A stretch of 64,000 nt of DNA from a virus (Duplodnaviria; Caudoviricetes). This document shows positions 35,929 through 44,818 of this stretch, piece after piece. The position numbers were made by a program, and so were the translations under genes. The notes below the pieces were generated by a model, which was not told where the DNA came from, searched no databases, and saw only the letters and a program-made list of their open reading frames with translations. The stretch is from positions 4,572-68,571 of the IMG/VR virus record IMGVR_UViG_3300037961_002553; one strand, 5' to 3'. How positions within the stretch are numbered: the first letter of the stretch is position 1; each line of letters begins with the position of its first letter.

Positions 35929-36146
35929 CCGATGATAGAGTATATTTAGAAACACTAAAAGAAATTAAAAACATGAAAGAACAAATGCATAAAGAAATTT
36001 CTAGAATGAAGGCGGAAATGGATATTATGTATATTGAATTACAAAGAGCAAAACAAGAAATTGGTGCTATTCGTGAAATACAAGAAGAAGTAGCAAAATT
36101 AGCAGGTGTTCCTGTTGGAATGCTATTTACAAATTACCGAGCGTGA
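35925..36146 (+). CDS. coiled-coil hypothetical protein
   Basis: ATGA overlap; heptad pattern. Confidence 0.6.
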   Translation: MTDDRVYLETLKEIKNMKEQMHKEISRMKAEMDIMYIELQRAKQEIGAIREIQEEVAKLAGVPVGMLFTNYRA

Positions 36147-36150
36147 TAAC

Positions 36151-37044
36151 TTGAAAGTAGTTTATGGACATACAGATTCTATCTATGTGCAGATAGATTC
36201 GGTGGAGCAAGCACAAAAATCAATTAAAGAGATTGAGGCAAAAGTGCGAGAACATTTTCCTAATGTGATGGGATTAGATAATCATCCCGTTGTTCTTGAA
36301 TTTGAAAAGTATTATTCAGCATTGGGTGTTGGAACAACCAAAAACAGAAACGCAGGATTAGTGTCTTGGGAAGATGGAGAATGGTTAGAAAAACCAAAGT
36401 TCAGTATGACTGGATTTACGGCGAAGCGTGTTAGCGAAACAAAATTAGCGAAAGAAGTGCAAACAAATGCTCTCAAAATGTGGGTAGAACAAAAGACCTA
36501 TCCTGAAATTACCAAGTATTTGTATGAAACATTTAAATCTGTGAATGAAGGGGATATTCCAATCTCTTCCATTATCAAAAGAAGCCGTCTAAGGCAAAAC
36601 CGTTTCACAGTAAAATGCCCCGAATGCAAGACACAATATCATTTGCGTGATTGTATTCATCTAAAGCATAAAGTTTGTGAAAAGTGCGCTACACCAACGA
36701 AGCAATTTACCACTCTTGAAGGAAAGAAGCCGACGATTGGTTCGGGTATTGCTGGTGTTTTGTATGCTTGGGAAAAGAAAAAGGCTAATTTTGATGACTC
36801 TTATCTCTTCTTAAAAGTAAAGAGAGTAAATGATTTCTATACGCATCCTTTAACGCAAGAAAGGCGAGAAGTGGAATACTTATCAGGCATAACCTACGAG
36901 GATTTCAAGGGTTGTAGTCCCGATTGGGGCTTCTATTCGCAACAGGTTATCAAGAAGGCGGAACCCATTTTCAAGGCTATGGGATGGGACACAACGGCCA
37001 TACGCACAGGAAAAATACAGTCAAGCCTTGACGAATGGTGGTGA
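36151..37044 (+). CDS. polB: family B DNA polymerase, C-terminal part (motif C and thumb) with a Zn-ribbon insertion
   Basis: VVYGHTDSIYV, LEFEK, KNRNAG, CPEC...CEKC; C-terminal PIP-like QSSLDEWW; TTG start. Confidence 0.88.
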   Translation: MKVVYGHTDSIYVQIDSVEQAQKSIKEIEAKVREHFPNVMGLDNHPVVLEFEKYYSALGVGTTKNRNAGLVSWEDGEWLEKPKFSMTGFTAKRVSETKLAKEVQTNALKMWVEQKTYPEITKYLYETFKSVNEGDIPISSIIKRSRLRQNRFTVKCPECKTQYHLRDCIHLKHKVCEKCATPTKQFTTLEGKKPTIGSGIAGVLYAWEKKKANFDDSYLFLKVKRVNDFYTHPLTQERREVEYLSGITYEDFKGCSPDWGFYSQQVIKKAEPIFKAMGWDTTAIRTGKIQSSLDEWW

Positions 37045-37049
37045 AAAAC

Positions 37050-37961
37050 ATGAACACAGATGAAAAATATGAAGCAAGAATTAACTCAATGAGGCCATTT
37101 ACTTACGATTGGCAACCAGAAAATTATGACGACCCATCAAAGCCAATTTTGAAGATTAGTAAATCTTCTTTAGTAAATTCTTTTGGTTGGTGCAATAAGA
37201 AATACGAATTTGCTTATATTCAGCGACTACCAGCAGACCAAACAGAAGCGATGAGAAAGGGAACTATTCTACATAATCACCGTGAAGAATTTTTTGATGT
37301 CTTTGATATTAAGAAAGCAGAATCTATGAATAACTCAGAAGTGCTTGAATATTGCACATCTTTAATGCCTGTTGATGATTATTTTGATGTTTCATTAACA
37401 GTAGCGGCATTTGAAGCACAGCGATTCATTGAAGCAAGAAGTGAAGGAAGAGTTGATGAGTATTTGCCAGTCATTAATGAGCGAATGTTTGATTGCGAAA
37501 TTACTGTTCCTCAAAATGTAAGTAAGAAATATCCCCTACAACGAGATTATGTAGTGAGACTTCAAGGTATTATTGACCGTGTGTTTATTGAGAACGGCAA
37601 ACTAATTCCCTTTGAATACAAGACTGGGGGCTGGAAAGAAGGTAAAGAATCTTCTATGCGCCAAGAAATGGCCTTTTATCAATTGATGATTGAAAATGCA
37701 CCCGAAGAAGTGCTTGAAAAACATGGTTTGACAAAAGACATGGAAGTGAGCCATTGGGGTTGGTATTATCCCGTCGCTAACCATATTACCGTTGAACCTG
37801 TTAAGAAGCGTTCAATGACTGCTCTTTGGGATAATATTGCTAAGTTAATCTACACTTATGAACAAGGAGAATTTCCGACTAGTTTTTGGAGAAACACTTG
37901 TTCTCAGTATTGTTCCTATTATGGTATTTGTCCTGCGGCACAAGAGGATGCTTGGTTATGA
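37050..37961 (+). CDS. Cas4/AddB-like PD-(D/E)xK nuclease with Fe-S Cys motif
   Basis: ISKSS...WC, GIIDRV...EYKTG, QxxxYQ, CSQYCSYYGIC. Confidence 0.85.
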   Translation: MNTDEKYEARINSMRPFTYDWQPENYDDPSKPILKISKSSLVNSFGWCNKKYEFAYIQRLPADQTEAMRKGTILHNHREEFFDVFDIKKAESMNNSEVLEYCTSLMPVDDYFDVSLTVAAFEAQRFIEARSEGRVDEYLPVINERMFDCEITVPQNVSKKYPLQRDYVVRLQGIIDRVFIENGKLIPFEYKTGGWKEGKESSMRQEMAFYQLMIENAPEEVLEKHGLTKDMEVSHWGWYYPVANHITVEPVKKRSMTALWDNIAKLIYTYEQGEFPTSFWRNTCSQYCSYYGICPAAQEDAWL

Positions 37962-37970
37962 TAAAAGGAG

Positions 37971-38186
37971 GTGAAAAAAATGGTTGATTTAAAGAAAACA
38001 AGAGAAAATTTTAAGAGAGACACTAGAAGAGCGTATAGAATGAGACAGGCTACTATGGAAAAAATAGGAGTCAATTCTTATGAAGATTTTTTGATTGAGG
38101 AACTCATCAAAAAACATTATAAGCAGTTCTCGCACATTGATTACGAAAAATTATTGGAGAGTCTTTTAGATGAAAGAATTAATTGA
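37971..38186 (+). CDS. hypothetical protein
   Basis: GGAGG SD. Confidence 0.55.
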   Translation: MKKMVDLKKTRENFKRDTRRAYRMRQATMEKIGVNSYEDFLIEELIKKHYKQFSHIDYEKLLESLLDERIN

Positions 38187-38541
38187 AAAGAAAGTGCTTG
38201 GTAGAAATTGGACATTCAACGAGATTTCTAATCTCAATGATACAGTAGCCAATCTATCGCAAGACATTTACTCAGAGATGACTCTTATTGAGAAATTTAA
38301 ACTGGTTCAAGATTTAAGAATCAAAGAGGATTATGTAGGGGCCTATTTTGAAGATGTGCTTAAATTAACAGTAATGACAGTCTTAAACGGCGAAATTGCT
38401 ATGACAATCAAACAATTGCTCAATGGAGCAACAATTAATTTTGGAGGTAATACAAATGAAATTTCCGAGGGAAGTATGGGCGGGAAGCCACATCAAGAAC
38501 GCACCACAAATGAAAAGAAAAGTCGTCTTAGCGAGGAATGA
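38170..38541 (+). CDS. hypothetical protein
   Basis: ORF in operon. Confidence 0.6.
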   Translation: MKELIEKKVLGRNWTFNEISNLNDTVANLSQDIYSEMTLIEKFKLVQDLRIKEDYVGAYFEDVLKLTVMTVLNGEIAMTIKQLLNGATINFGGNTNEISEGSMGGKPHQERTTNEKKSRLSEE

Positions 38542-39496
38542 TTATGCTAACTTTATTAATGCTCAAAATAACAGGACAAATGTCTACACTACGGTCTATG
38601 ATTTTGAACATTTCTCAGAGAAAGCAAAAGTAGAATCTTCTGTAATTATTGATAGAATCTTTCTTGATTTTGATGCACACGAAGATGAATTAGATTTGGC
38701 TTGGAGGGATGTTAAAGTGGTAATGCAATTAGTTCATGAAAGAGATTATTTGCATACGCTTTTCTTTTCGGGCCGTGGCTTTCATCTATTTTTGTTTGGT
38801 AAGAAAACAAATAATATGAGAAATGTTCAAACTCTTTTCCGAGAGATTAAAGCATATCTCTCATCAAAAGTTGGTAGCAAAAATACACTTGATGATAGGG
38901 TAGGACAAACAACAAGATTACGCCGTATTCCTAATACTGTAAATATGTCATCTTCTGACGAAAATGGCAAACCCTATTATTGCATACCCTTGACACGATT
39001 TGACCTTATGTGTGAACTTGAAGATATTCTTGAGATTGCCAAAGAGCCTCGCCTTATCCCCTTCCAAAAGGATGGAAAAAACGAGGTTGTGTTTCCCGAT
39101 GCACCCCCCATTGAGGCGATAGAGGGCGAGGTTTCCGTTCCCGATACGGTAGGAAAACTTCCAATGTTGCCCTGTTTGCATAATGCGGTAATGACGGAGA
39201 ATCCTTCGCATATGGCGAGAGCATACCTTGTTTCTTGGTATCGTGATTTGCTTTCGGGCTATCGTGATTTATCTTCGGGACAAGAGAAAATGAAAGTGCT
39301 GGACTTAGTGGTTGAAGAACTTGAAAGAGTATTTTCTGAATCTGATTCGGTATGGCTTGATTGGGATAAAAACGAAACTAGAAAACACGCAAGATTTACA
39401 GTATTCAATAACTACAATACGCCTCATTGTGATAAATTGATTAGTGATGGCTTTTGTGTTGGAAAATGTTGGAGGTATCATAATGCTAGTAATTGA
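38456..39496 (+). CDS. archaeo-eukaryotic primase, PriS fused to a PriL-like Fe-S domain
   Basis: FLDFD, FSGRGFH, RLRRIPNT; C-terminal LPCL...PHCDKL...FCVGKC. Confidence 0.85.
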   Translation: MKFPREVWAGSHIKNAPQMKRKVVLARNDYANFINAQNNRTNVYTTVYDFEHFSEKAKVESSVIIDRIFLDFDAHEDELDLAWRDVKVVMQLVHERDYLHTLFFSGRGFHLFLFGKKTNNMRNVQTLFREIKAYLSSKVGSKNTLDDRVGQTTRLRRIPNTVNMSSSDENGKPYYCIPLTRFDLMCELEDILEIAKEPRLIPFQKDGKNEVVFPDAPPIEAIEGEVSVPDTVGKLPMLPCLHNAVMTENPSHMARAYLVSWYRDLLSGYRDLSSGQEKMKVLDLVVEELERVFSESDSVWLDWDKNETRKHARFTVFNNYNTPHCDKLISDGFCVGKCWRYHNASN

Positions 39497-40172
39497 TTCA
39501 AGAGAGAAGTCCAAATTAGCCAAATTGGTTATGCAGAAAGCAAAGGGCTTAAATATACAATACGAACAGCGTTGGATTGAGATAGGCGACTACATCTACG
39601 ACGATGTTTGTTTTGAAGCAAAATCAACAACAGATTTTTTAGGTTCAGTAATGACAAAAAGATTATGGACGCAAATTGACAACATGGATAGACACTATAA
39701 AACAAATGTAGTGATTATTCATGGTAGTCTTGATGAAGCAATTATGAATGTGATTGAAAACTCGGAAAGCAAAATGCCCATCGGAACAAGAAGCATTATG
39801 CTTAACAATAAATTTCTTGGTGCAATTGGTAGATTGATTCTTGATACAGATGTAAAACCAGTATGGGTTGAGACAGAAGAAGAAGCCGCTTTGATTATTA
39901 CAGCAGTAAGCAAAATGAAACCAATGACAAGAGATGTGATTGCCCCGCAAGTATTCAAGAGACTAACTACTGACGATTTGCGACTAGATTTGTTGTCCAG
40001 TATTAAAGGCGTATCAATTAAGAAAGCAAAAGAATTAATAAAACAATTTGGCTCTATTATGGAAATAGGTGAGTGTTCGGAATACGAATTACAAGCCATT
40101 GAAGGAATCGGAGAAACCTTAGCCAAAAGAATACTCTCCACATTAAACTCGGAAGAGAAGGTGAAAATATGA
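39483..40172 (+). CDS. ERCC4/XPF (Hef-like) endonuclease with HhH repeats
   Basis: VIDSRE, GDYI, FEAKSTTDF, IKGVS, IEGIGETLA. Confidence 0.88.
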   Translation: MLVIDSREKSKLAKLVMQKAKGLNIQYEQRWIEIGDYIYDDVCFEAKSTTDFLGSVMTKRLWTQIDNMDRHYKTNVVIIHGSLDEAIMNVIENSESKMPIGTRSIMLNNKFLGAIGRLILDTDVKPVWVETEEEAALIITAVSKMKPMTRDVIAPQVFKRLTTDDLRLDLLSSIKGVSIKKAKELIKQFGSIMEIGECSEYELQAIEGIGETLAKRILSTLNSEEKVKI

Positions 40173-41632
40173 ATGAAGAATATAATGAAGAAGAATATAT
40201 GGAAGCACTTGAAACAAACGCAGGTGTTTTCAGCGAAGCCTTGCCCAAAGTCGTTAGAGACTTTCAATCATCAGCAGTTGAGGTATCACACTACAATGAT
40301 ATTCCTGCTGGTATTTGTTTCTTTAACATTCTTGGTCAAGTGGTAAAAGATTTTATTACAATTCCTAATGGAAGAAACCATGAAGATACCCGAATCCATT
40401 TCTGTTGGGTTCAAACAAGCGGAACTGGTAAATCTACTATGTGGAACTTTGTTGGGCCAGTTGCGGAAAAAACATTTGGTATGATTAATTCTGCAAACAA
40501 CCACCCTCCGTTTGTTCGTAATAACTTACCAATGAATCGTATTTTCAACACATTCGGAGTAACTGATTATACCGATTCTGTTCTTATTGGCGGTTATGAT
40601 AAAGAAGTGGACGATGATGGAGAAATTGAATATCAAAGAAGGCCAGGCGTTTTAGAAGGTAATGGCCTTGCTCATTGGGATGAATTTGAATATTCAGGTA
40701 TCTTCAAACAAAGCCAACACAAAGAAAATTCTATTGTTTATCTCAATACTTTGATGAACTCATTAGCAGGTGAGTCTTGGATTATTTCTAAGGCTTTGAC
40801 TTCCTTTGGTGGCATGATTATGGAATGTTTCTGTGAGCGTTCAGTATTGGCTATGACTTATCCACCAAACAACCTTAACGATGTGATGGCGGAAAAGGGT
40901 GTTCTTCAAAGAATGCTTTTGTATGTTTGGGAAGTGCCTGAGTTTATTCAACACAAAATGCGTCTTGAACAAATTGACAAAGCAGGAACGGTTGAAGAAG
41001 TCAATCAACCTATTGATAAATATGCGAATGCTTTGTATAAAATTTATGAATTAACCCGTGAAAGGTTTAACCAAGTGGGAGGCGACCCTCTTAAAACCAT
41101 GAAATATACTCAAGACTTTAATCAAGTTCTAAGACTTGAATATGAAAGTATGCGTATGTATCTTCAAAACACCCGACCCGATGTTGCTAAAATTGCGGGT
41201 AATTTTACCACCCGTTTGATGAAGATTCTGTATAAAATGTCTGTTCTTTGTAGTGTCGCATCTGCGCCTTCAATTAAAGATAAAGACCAACAATTCGTAG
41301 TTACTGGGCATAATGTCCGTCAAGCGGCAACAATCGTCCGACAATGTTATATGACATTGGTTGATTGGCTAGAGCGAAGCCTGAGGGCGAAGCGCAAGAG
41401 CATAGCCGAGAACTCGCTTGAGTCGGTGTTTATGGACATTTACAACAAAATGAAGAAAGACGATGATGGTTTCGTCAATAAGACTACTCTCTTAACGGAA
41501 GTCCGAACAAAGGCTAAAAAATCAAGAGCGCAAGTGTATAGGCACTTTGATGTTATTAGACATAAGTTTGAAGAACAAAAAGGGCCAAGCAACAGGACTT
41601 ACATTAAGTTGATAAGGAGTGATGAAGAATGA
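40169..41632 (+). CDS. MCM-like AAA+ replicative helicase with C-terminal winged helix
   Basis: IHFCWVQTSGTGKST, PGVL, HWDEF, LQRM, TTRL; replisome context. Confidence 0.7.
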   Translation: MNEEYNEEEYMEALETNAGVFSEALPKVVRDFQSSAVEVSHYNDIPAGICFFNILGQVVKDFITIPNGRNHEDTRIHFCWVQTSGTGKSTMWNFVGPVAEKTFGMINSANNHPPFVRNNLPMNRIFNTFGVTDYTDSVLIGGYDKEVDDDGEIEYQRRPGVLEGNGLAHWDEFEYSGIFKQSQHKENSIVYLNTLMNSLAGESWIISKALTSFGGMIMECFCERSVLAMTYPPNNLNDVMAEKGVLQRMLLYVWEVPEFIQHKMRLEQIDKAGTVEEVNQPIDKYANALYKIYELTRERFNQVGGDPLKTMKYTQDFNQVLRLEYESMRMYLQNTRPDVAKIAGNFTTRLMKILYKMSVLCSVASAPSIKDKDQQFVVTGHNVRQAATIVRQCYMTLVDWLERSLRAKRKSIAENSLESVFMDIYNKMKKDDDGFVNKTTLLTEVRTKAKKSRAQVYRHFDVIRHKFEEQKGPSNRTYIKLIRSDEE

Positions 41633-41856
41633 AGTGGGAAAACACATACCTAGTGTTTCAAGTTGAAAAAGGGCCAAAAGTGATTATTGATACTCTAAAC
41701 ACTTATGGCGATGATGGATGGGAATGTTGTTCGCAATTAATTGTTGCGAATAAGCAAATCGTCTGCTTTTTAAAGCGACGAACCGACATTGACGAGGAAC
41801 CAAAGGTGAACAAGGAAGAAGAAAAGATTAGCAAACTTTGGTCTAACGGTGAATGA
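41629..41856 (+). CDS. DUF4177-like small protein
   Basis: MKWE...LNTYGDDGWE...FLKR. Confidence 0.6.
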   Translation: MKWENTYLVFQVEKGPKVIIDTLNTYGDDGWECCSQLIVANKQIVCFLKRRTDIDEEPKVNKEEEKISKLWSNGE

Positions 41857-42451
41857 TATGTCTGTATTGGCTATTGATTTAGAAACCAAAAATATGTCGT
41901 ATGACATTGGTGGTTTCGGTAATACCCATATGTTTCAGGTTTCAACCGTAGCAACATGGGATGGAAACAACGGAACTGTTTATGTTGATGAACCCGTTGA
42001 ATCCTTTGCTAAATCAGGCCATACCATTAAGCCTCTGTCCGAACTTAAATATGATTTAGATAATCATTTTCAAAAGGGAGGATTATTGTTGGGACACAAC
42101 ATTAAGGCTTTTGATTTGCCTGTTCTTAGAGATGCGATGGACATTTATTGTATCAATAAGTATCTAAAAGAAGAACAATTTATTGACACTTCAAGAATCC
42201 TTCTGAAAGAACATGGTGAGAGATTTCAATTGAAAAATCTCGTTAAATGCACCATGAATGATGCAAAATTAATGGAAAGTGCTGATGCACCTAAATTATG
42301 GAAGATGGGTCAATTTGATGATGTGGTTGAGTATTGTATGAAAGATACTCAATTAGTCTATGACCTTTGGAAGTATGGGCAAGATAATGGTATTGTTAAG
42401 GCTTTTTCCTTAGAACAAGGAGAACATAAAGAATTAGAGGTGATGTGGTAA
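41849..42451 (+). CDS. DnaQ/RNase H-like 3'-5' exonuclease
   Basis: AIDLET, GHNIKAFDLP, YCMKDT. Confidence 0.85.
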   Translation: MNDMSVLAIDLETKNMSYDIGGFGNTHMFQVSTVATWDGNNGTVYVDEPVESFAKSGHTIKPLSELKYDLDNHFQKGGLLLGHNIKAFDLPVLRDAMDIYCINKYLKEEQFIDTSRILLKEHGERFQLKNLVKCTMNDAKLMESADAPKLWKMGQFDDVVEYCMKDTQLVYDLWKYGQDNGIVKAFSLEQGEHKELEVMW

Positions 42452-42597
42452 TGACGACATGGGAATGGATTGGTTTATTCTTTTTCATCAGCATTCTAAT
42501 GCTTCTGTTCTTTGCCGCTTTCGGTGGGACAAATATCACCGATGAAAGCGTTGAAGAATACATGAAGCGGCTGATGGGCGAAGATAGCCAAAAGTGA
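42451..42597 (+). CDS. small membrane protein (48 aa)
   Basis: Hand-translated MTTWEWIGLFFFISILMLLFFAAF. Confidence 0.55.
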   Translation: MTTWEWIGLFFFISILMLLFFAAFGGTNITDESVEEYMKRLMGEDSQK

Positions 42598-42601
42598 TGA
42601 T

Positions 42602-42745
42602 ATGGGATTAAAGCAAGAATGTTTCTACTGTAAAGAAAAAACAGTAGCAAGACGATTACTTGGCTTTTATGTCGGTTCTACTGAACAGACAAAATTATGG
42701 GAATGCCGAGCCTGTAATGCCATTTGGTCGGAAAAAACAAAGTGA
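42602..42745 (+). CDS. small zinc-ribbon protein (47 aa)
   Basis: CFYC...CRAC. Confidence 0.55.
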   Translation: MGLKQECFYCKEKTVARRLLGFYVGSTEQTKLWECRACNAIWSEKTK

Positions 42746-42777
42746 GGGGGAGCGTATGCTCCCTCTCCTTTTTTTTT
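42744..42777 (+). terminator. terminator at the convergence of the replication and virion arms
   Basis: GAGGGGGAGC-GTAT-GCTCCCTCTC followed by a T-tract. Confidence 0.75.
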
Positions 42778-42945
42778 GGTTTTCCGACTTTTGTGAATTT
42801 TTTAAAAATTCATTAGGCCGTAATTTTTGTTTGGCTAAATGAGAACATTTCTTCTTTTTAGAAAAGGCGACCCCTTGCATTCAAAGGCTACCTGCCGAAG
42901 AATTGAATGCAACGCAAAAGTTGGTATTATTCGGCTAAAACCTCA

Positions 42946-44487
42946 TCAATTGAGTTGCATAAGCATCCATCTATCAGCATCAATACAGGTAATATCGTAA
43001 ATTTTACCTGCTGTTAAGGTATAAGGCAAAGAAAGAGTGGCCCCTGTTGGGTCTTCTATTGCATCATCTGTTCCTGTTCTATCCAAAGTTAGAGCAGAAC
43101 CCGCAACAGAAGCAATAAGTCTGTATGTTCTCCCAATATCCGTTGCTTCTGCATCTGGTAGATTTATCGTCAAATCATTTGGAGGAACCCCTGAAGGGGC
43201 TTTAGCGATAATAATGTCATCAGTAGCCAATGGACTATAATTCACAACAGGGGGAGGGCCAATCGCCGCACCGACTACTTCGGTAATGTTCCTAATATAG
43301 CCCTTACTTCTAATTTCTTGGCTAACTTCTAAATGCCCAGTAATGCTTGCAATTCTATTTGCTTCTGCACCATCTGTTCCAGCATCTAATTCAAGAATCT
43401 TTTGATTGCCATTTGAGTCTCCTGCGGCATAAAGTTGTAAATTGTCTCCTGCGTTATAAACCTGAATTTGGCCTGGCCCTGAGCCATAACCAGTTTGAAT
43501 TGTATTTACATATAATCTAGAATCAATTAAAACTGCGCCTGTTCCTTTAGTTTCAATTTCAAGACCAACATTGGTATCGTCGCCTGTCGCTAAAATTTGA
43601 GGTCTATTTCCTGTGGCGGCATTTGTAATTTCCACATAATTGACAGCACTTGCGGTTTCTTGGAAAATTAATTGCTCATTTCCGTTGCTGTCCCGAATAC
43701 CATGAGCGTCATCAAAATCAATATTATGACTATTGGTATCAAGGTTTCCTCCCAATTGTGGAGTAGTATCTTCAACCGTGTTTGCTATTGAAGCAGGTAA
43801 GGCCGCTAATGCTGCTTTTGTGTTTGAATGGGTATAAGTTAAAACATATCCGTCTTGACCCGAACCAACCGTTTGGTCGCCATCAATTGCTAATGTTCCT
43901 AATTTAACATCACCTGTTCCGTGTGGGGTCAAATTAATATCAGCATTTGAATTAGTCGTGGCAATATCAACACTATCTGCATCGGAAGTAATTGTTCCCA
44001 TTTCAGTATATCCTGAATTATTATAGCCAAGGCTTAGAGAGTTTTCAGTTTTATTTACCGTGAGATATTGAATACCCACATTCGCAGTTCCGTTATGAGT
44101 AATAACTGCAATAATAGTATCTCCTGCCGTATATTGAGCAACCTTATCAGCCGCAGTAGGGTTTCTTATGGTTAAAACTGGAGAAGAAGCACTACTAGCA
44201 ATTAATAAATGATAACCATTTGTATATGTTGAACTCAATGTTAAATTAGCAACTGCCGAAACCGCTACTCTTTTACCATCACGGAAAATAACGCCAGCAC
44301 CAACATCAATTTGTGTTGCGCTATCAATCGTGATGTCAAAACCGCTAATTGCATAGTTCTGACCTAAACCATCAGATAACGCTTTAATTATTCCTGTATG
44401 GGGAAAATCTACACCATCTTCAATTTGATTAGGCGTTCCATGTGTGCTTTGTCCATAAAAGTTCGGATTACTTACCATATTACTCAA
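42946..44487 (-). CDS. tail fiber / receptor-binding protein
   Basis: G/T/S-rich; DTTPQLGGNLDTN and LTPHGTGDV fiber motifs; at the end of the tail module. Confidence 0.7.
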   Translation of the reverse strand: MSNMVSNPNFYGQSTHGTPNQIEDGVDFPHTGIIKALSDGLGQNYAISGFDITIDSATQIDVGAGVIFRDGKRVAVSAVANLTLSSTYTNGYHLLIASSASSPVLTIRNPTAADKVAQYTAGDTIIAVITHNGTANVGIQYLTVNKTENSLSLGYNNSGYTEMGTITSDADSVDIATTNSNADINLTPHGTGDVKLGTLAIDGDQTVGSGQDGYVLTYTHSNTKAALAALPASIANTVEDTTPQLGGNLDTNSHNIDFDDAHGIRDSNGNEQLIFQETASAVNYVEITNAATGNRPQILATGDDTNVGLEIETKGTGAVLIDSRLYVNTIQTGYGSGPGQIQVYNAGDNLQLYAAGDSNGNQKILELDAGTDGAEANRIASITGHLEVSQEIRSKGYIRNITEVVGAAIGPPPVVNYSPLATDDIIIAKAPSGVPPNDLTINLPDAEATDIGRTYRLIASVAGSALTLDRTGTDDAIEDPTGATLSLPYTLTAGKIYDITCIDADRWMLMQLN

Positions 44488-44818
44488 CCTCCAACAAAAT
44501 AAACAGTTCTAATGTTTCTGTTGTGGAAAATGGGCCAACTCCTTCAAAATTGGTTCTATATACTAAATCGCTTCCGTTAAATAAACCGACTTCACGGATA
44601 ACTTGACCTTGAATAGCACTACCCGCTACTGATACCTTTACCTCAATAACATTTAATGTGGAATTTGTAATTGTTAATGTTGTAGAAGCAGATAATGGAA
44701 CATCTAAATCCGTAGCGGTTGGGCTAGTAGAGTTTCCACCAAGACCAATTTTTGCTGTATCAAAGAGATTATCTTTGATATGAGTAGCAATTAATGTTTT
44801 TAATTCATCTGTAATCAT
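44480..44818 (-). CDS. tail or baseplate small protein
   Basis: IGLG...IREVGLF motif of tail-collar-type proteins. Confidence 0.6.
   Translation of the reverse strand: MITDELKTLIATHIKDNLFDTAKIGLGGNSTSPTATDLDVPLSASTTLTITNSTLNVIEVKVSVAGSAIQGQVIREVGLFNGSDLVYRTNFEGVGPFSTTETLELFILLEVE

Noticed and set aside
35400-36200. Split intein or intron in polB
   Set aside because: No Cys/Ser-start or His-Asn-end intein motifs; the gap is filled by ordinary coupled ORFs.
37050-37961. Cas4-like nuclease as evidence of a CRISPR-Cas system
   Set aside because: No cas1, cas2 or array; solo Cas4-like nucleases are routine in archaeal virus replication modules.
8428-41632. Many proteins end in EE/EEE, a possible degron or tag
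   Set aside because: Explained by the GGAGG/GAGGAA SD sequence of the next gene overlapping the last codons.
6975-42880. Minus-strand ORFs in the replication arm (and plus-strand ORFs in the virion arm)
   Set aside because: Antisense shadows of well-supported genes.
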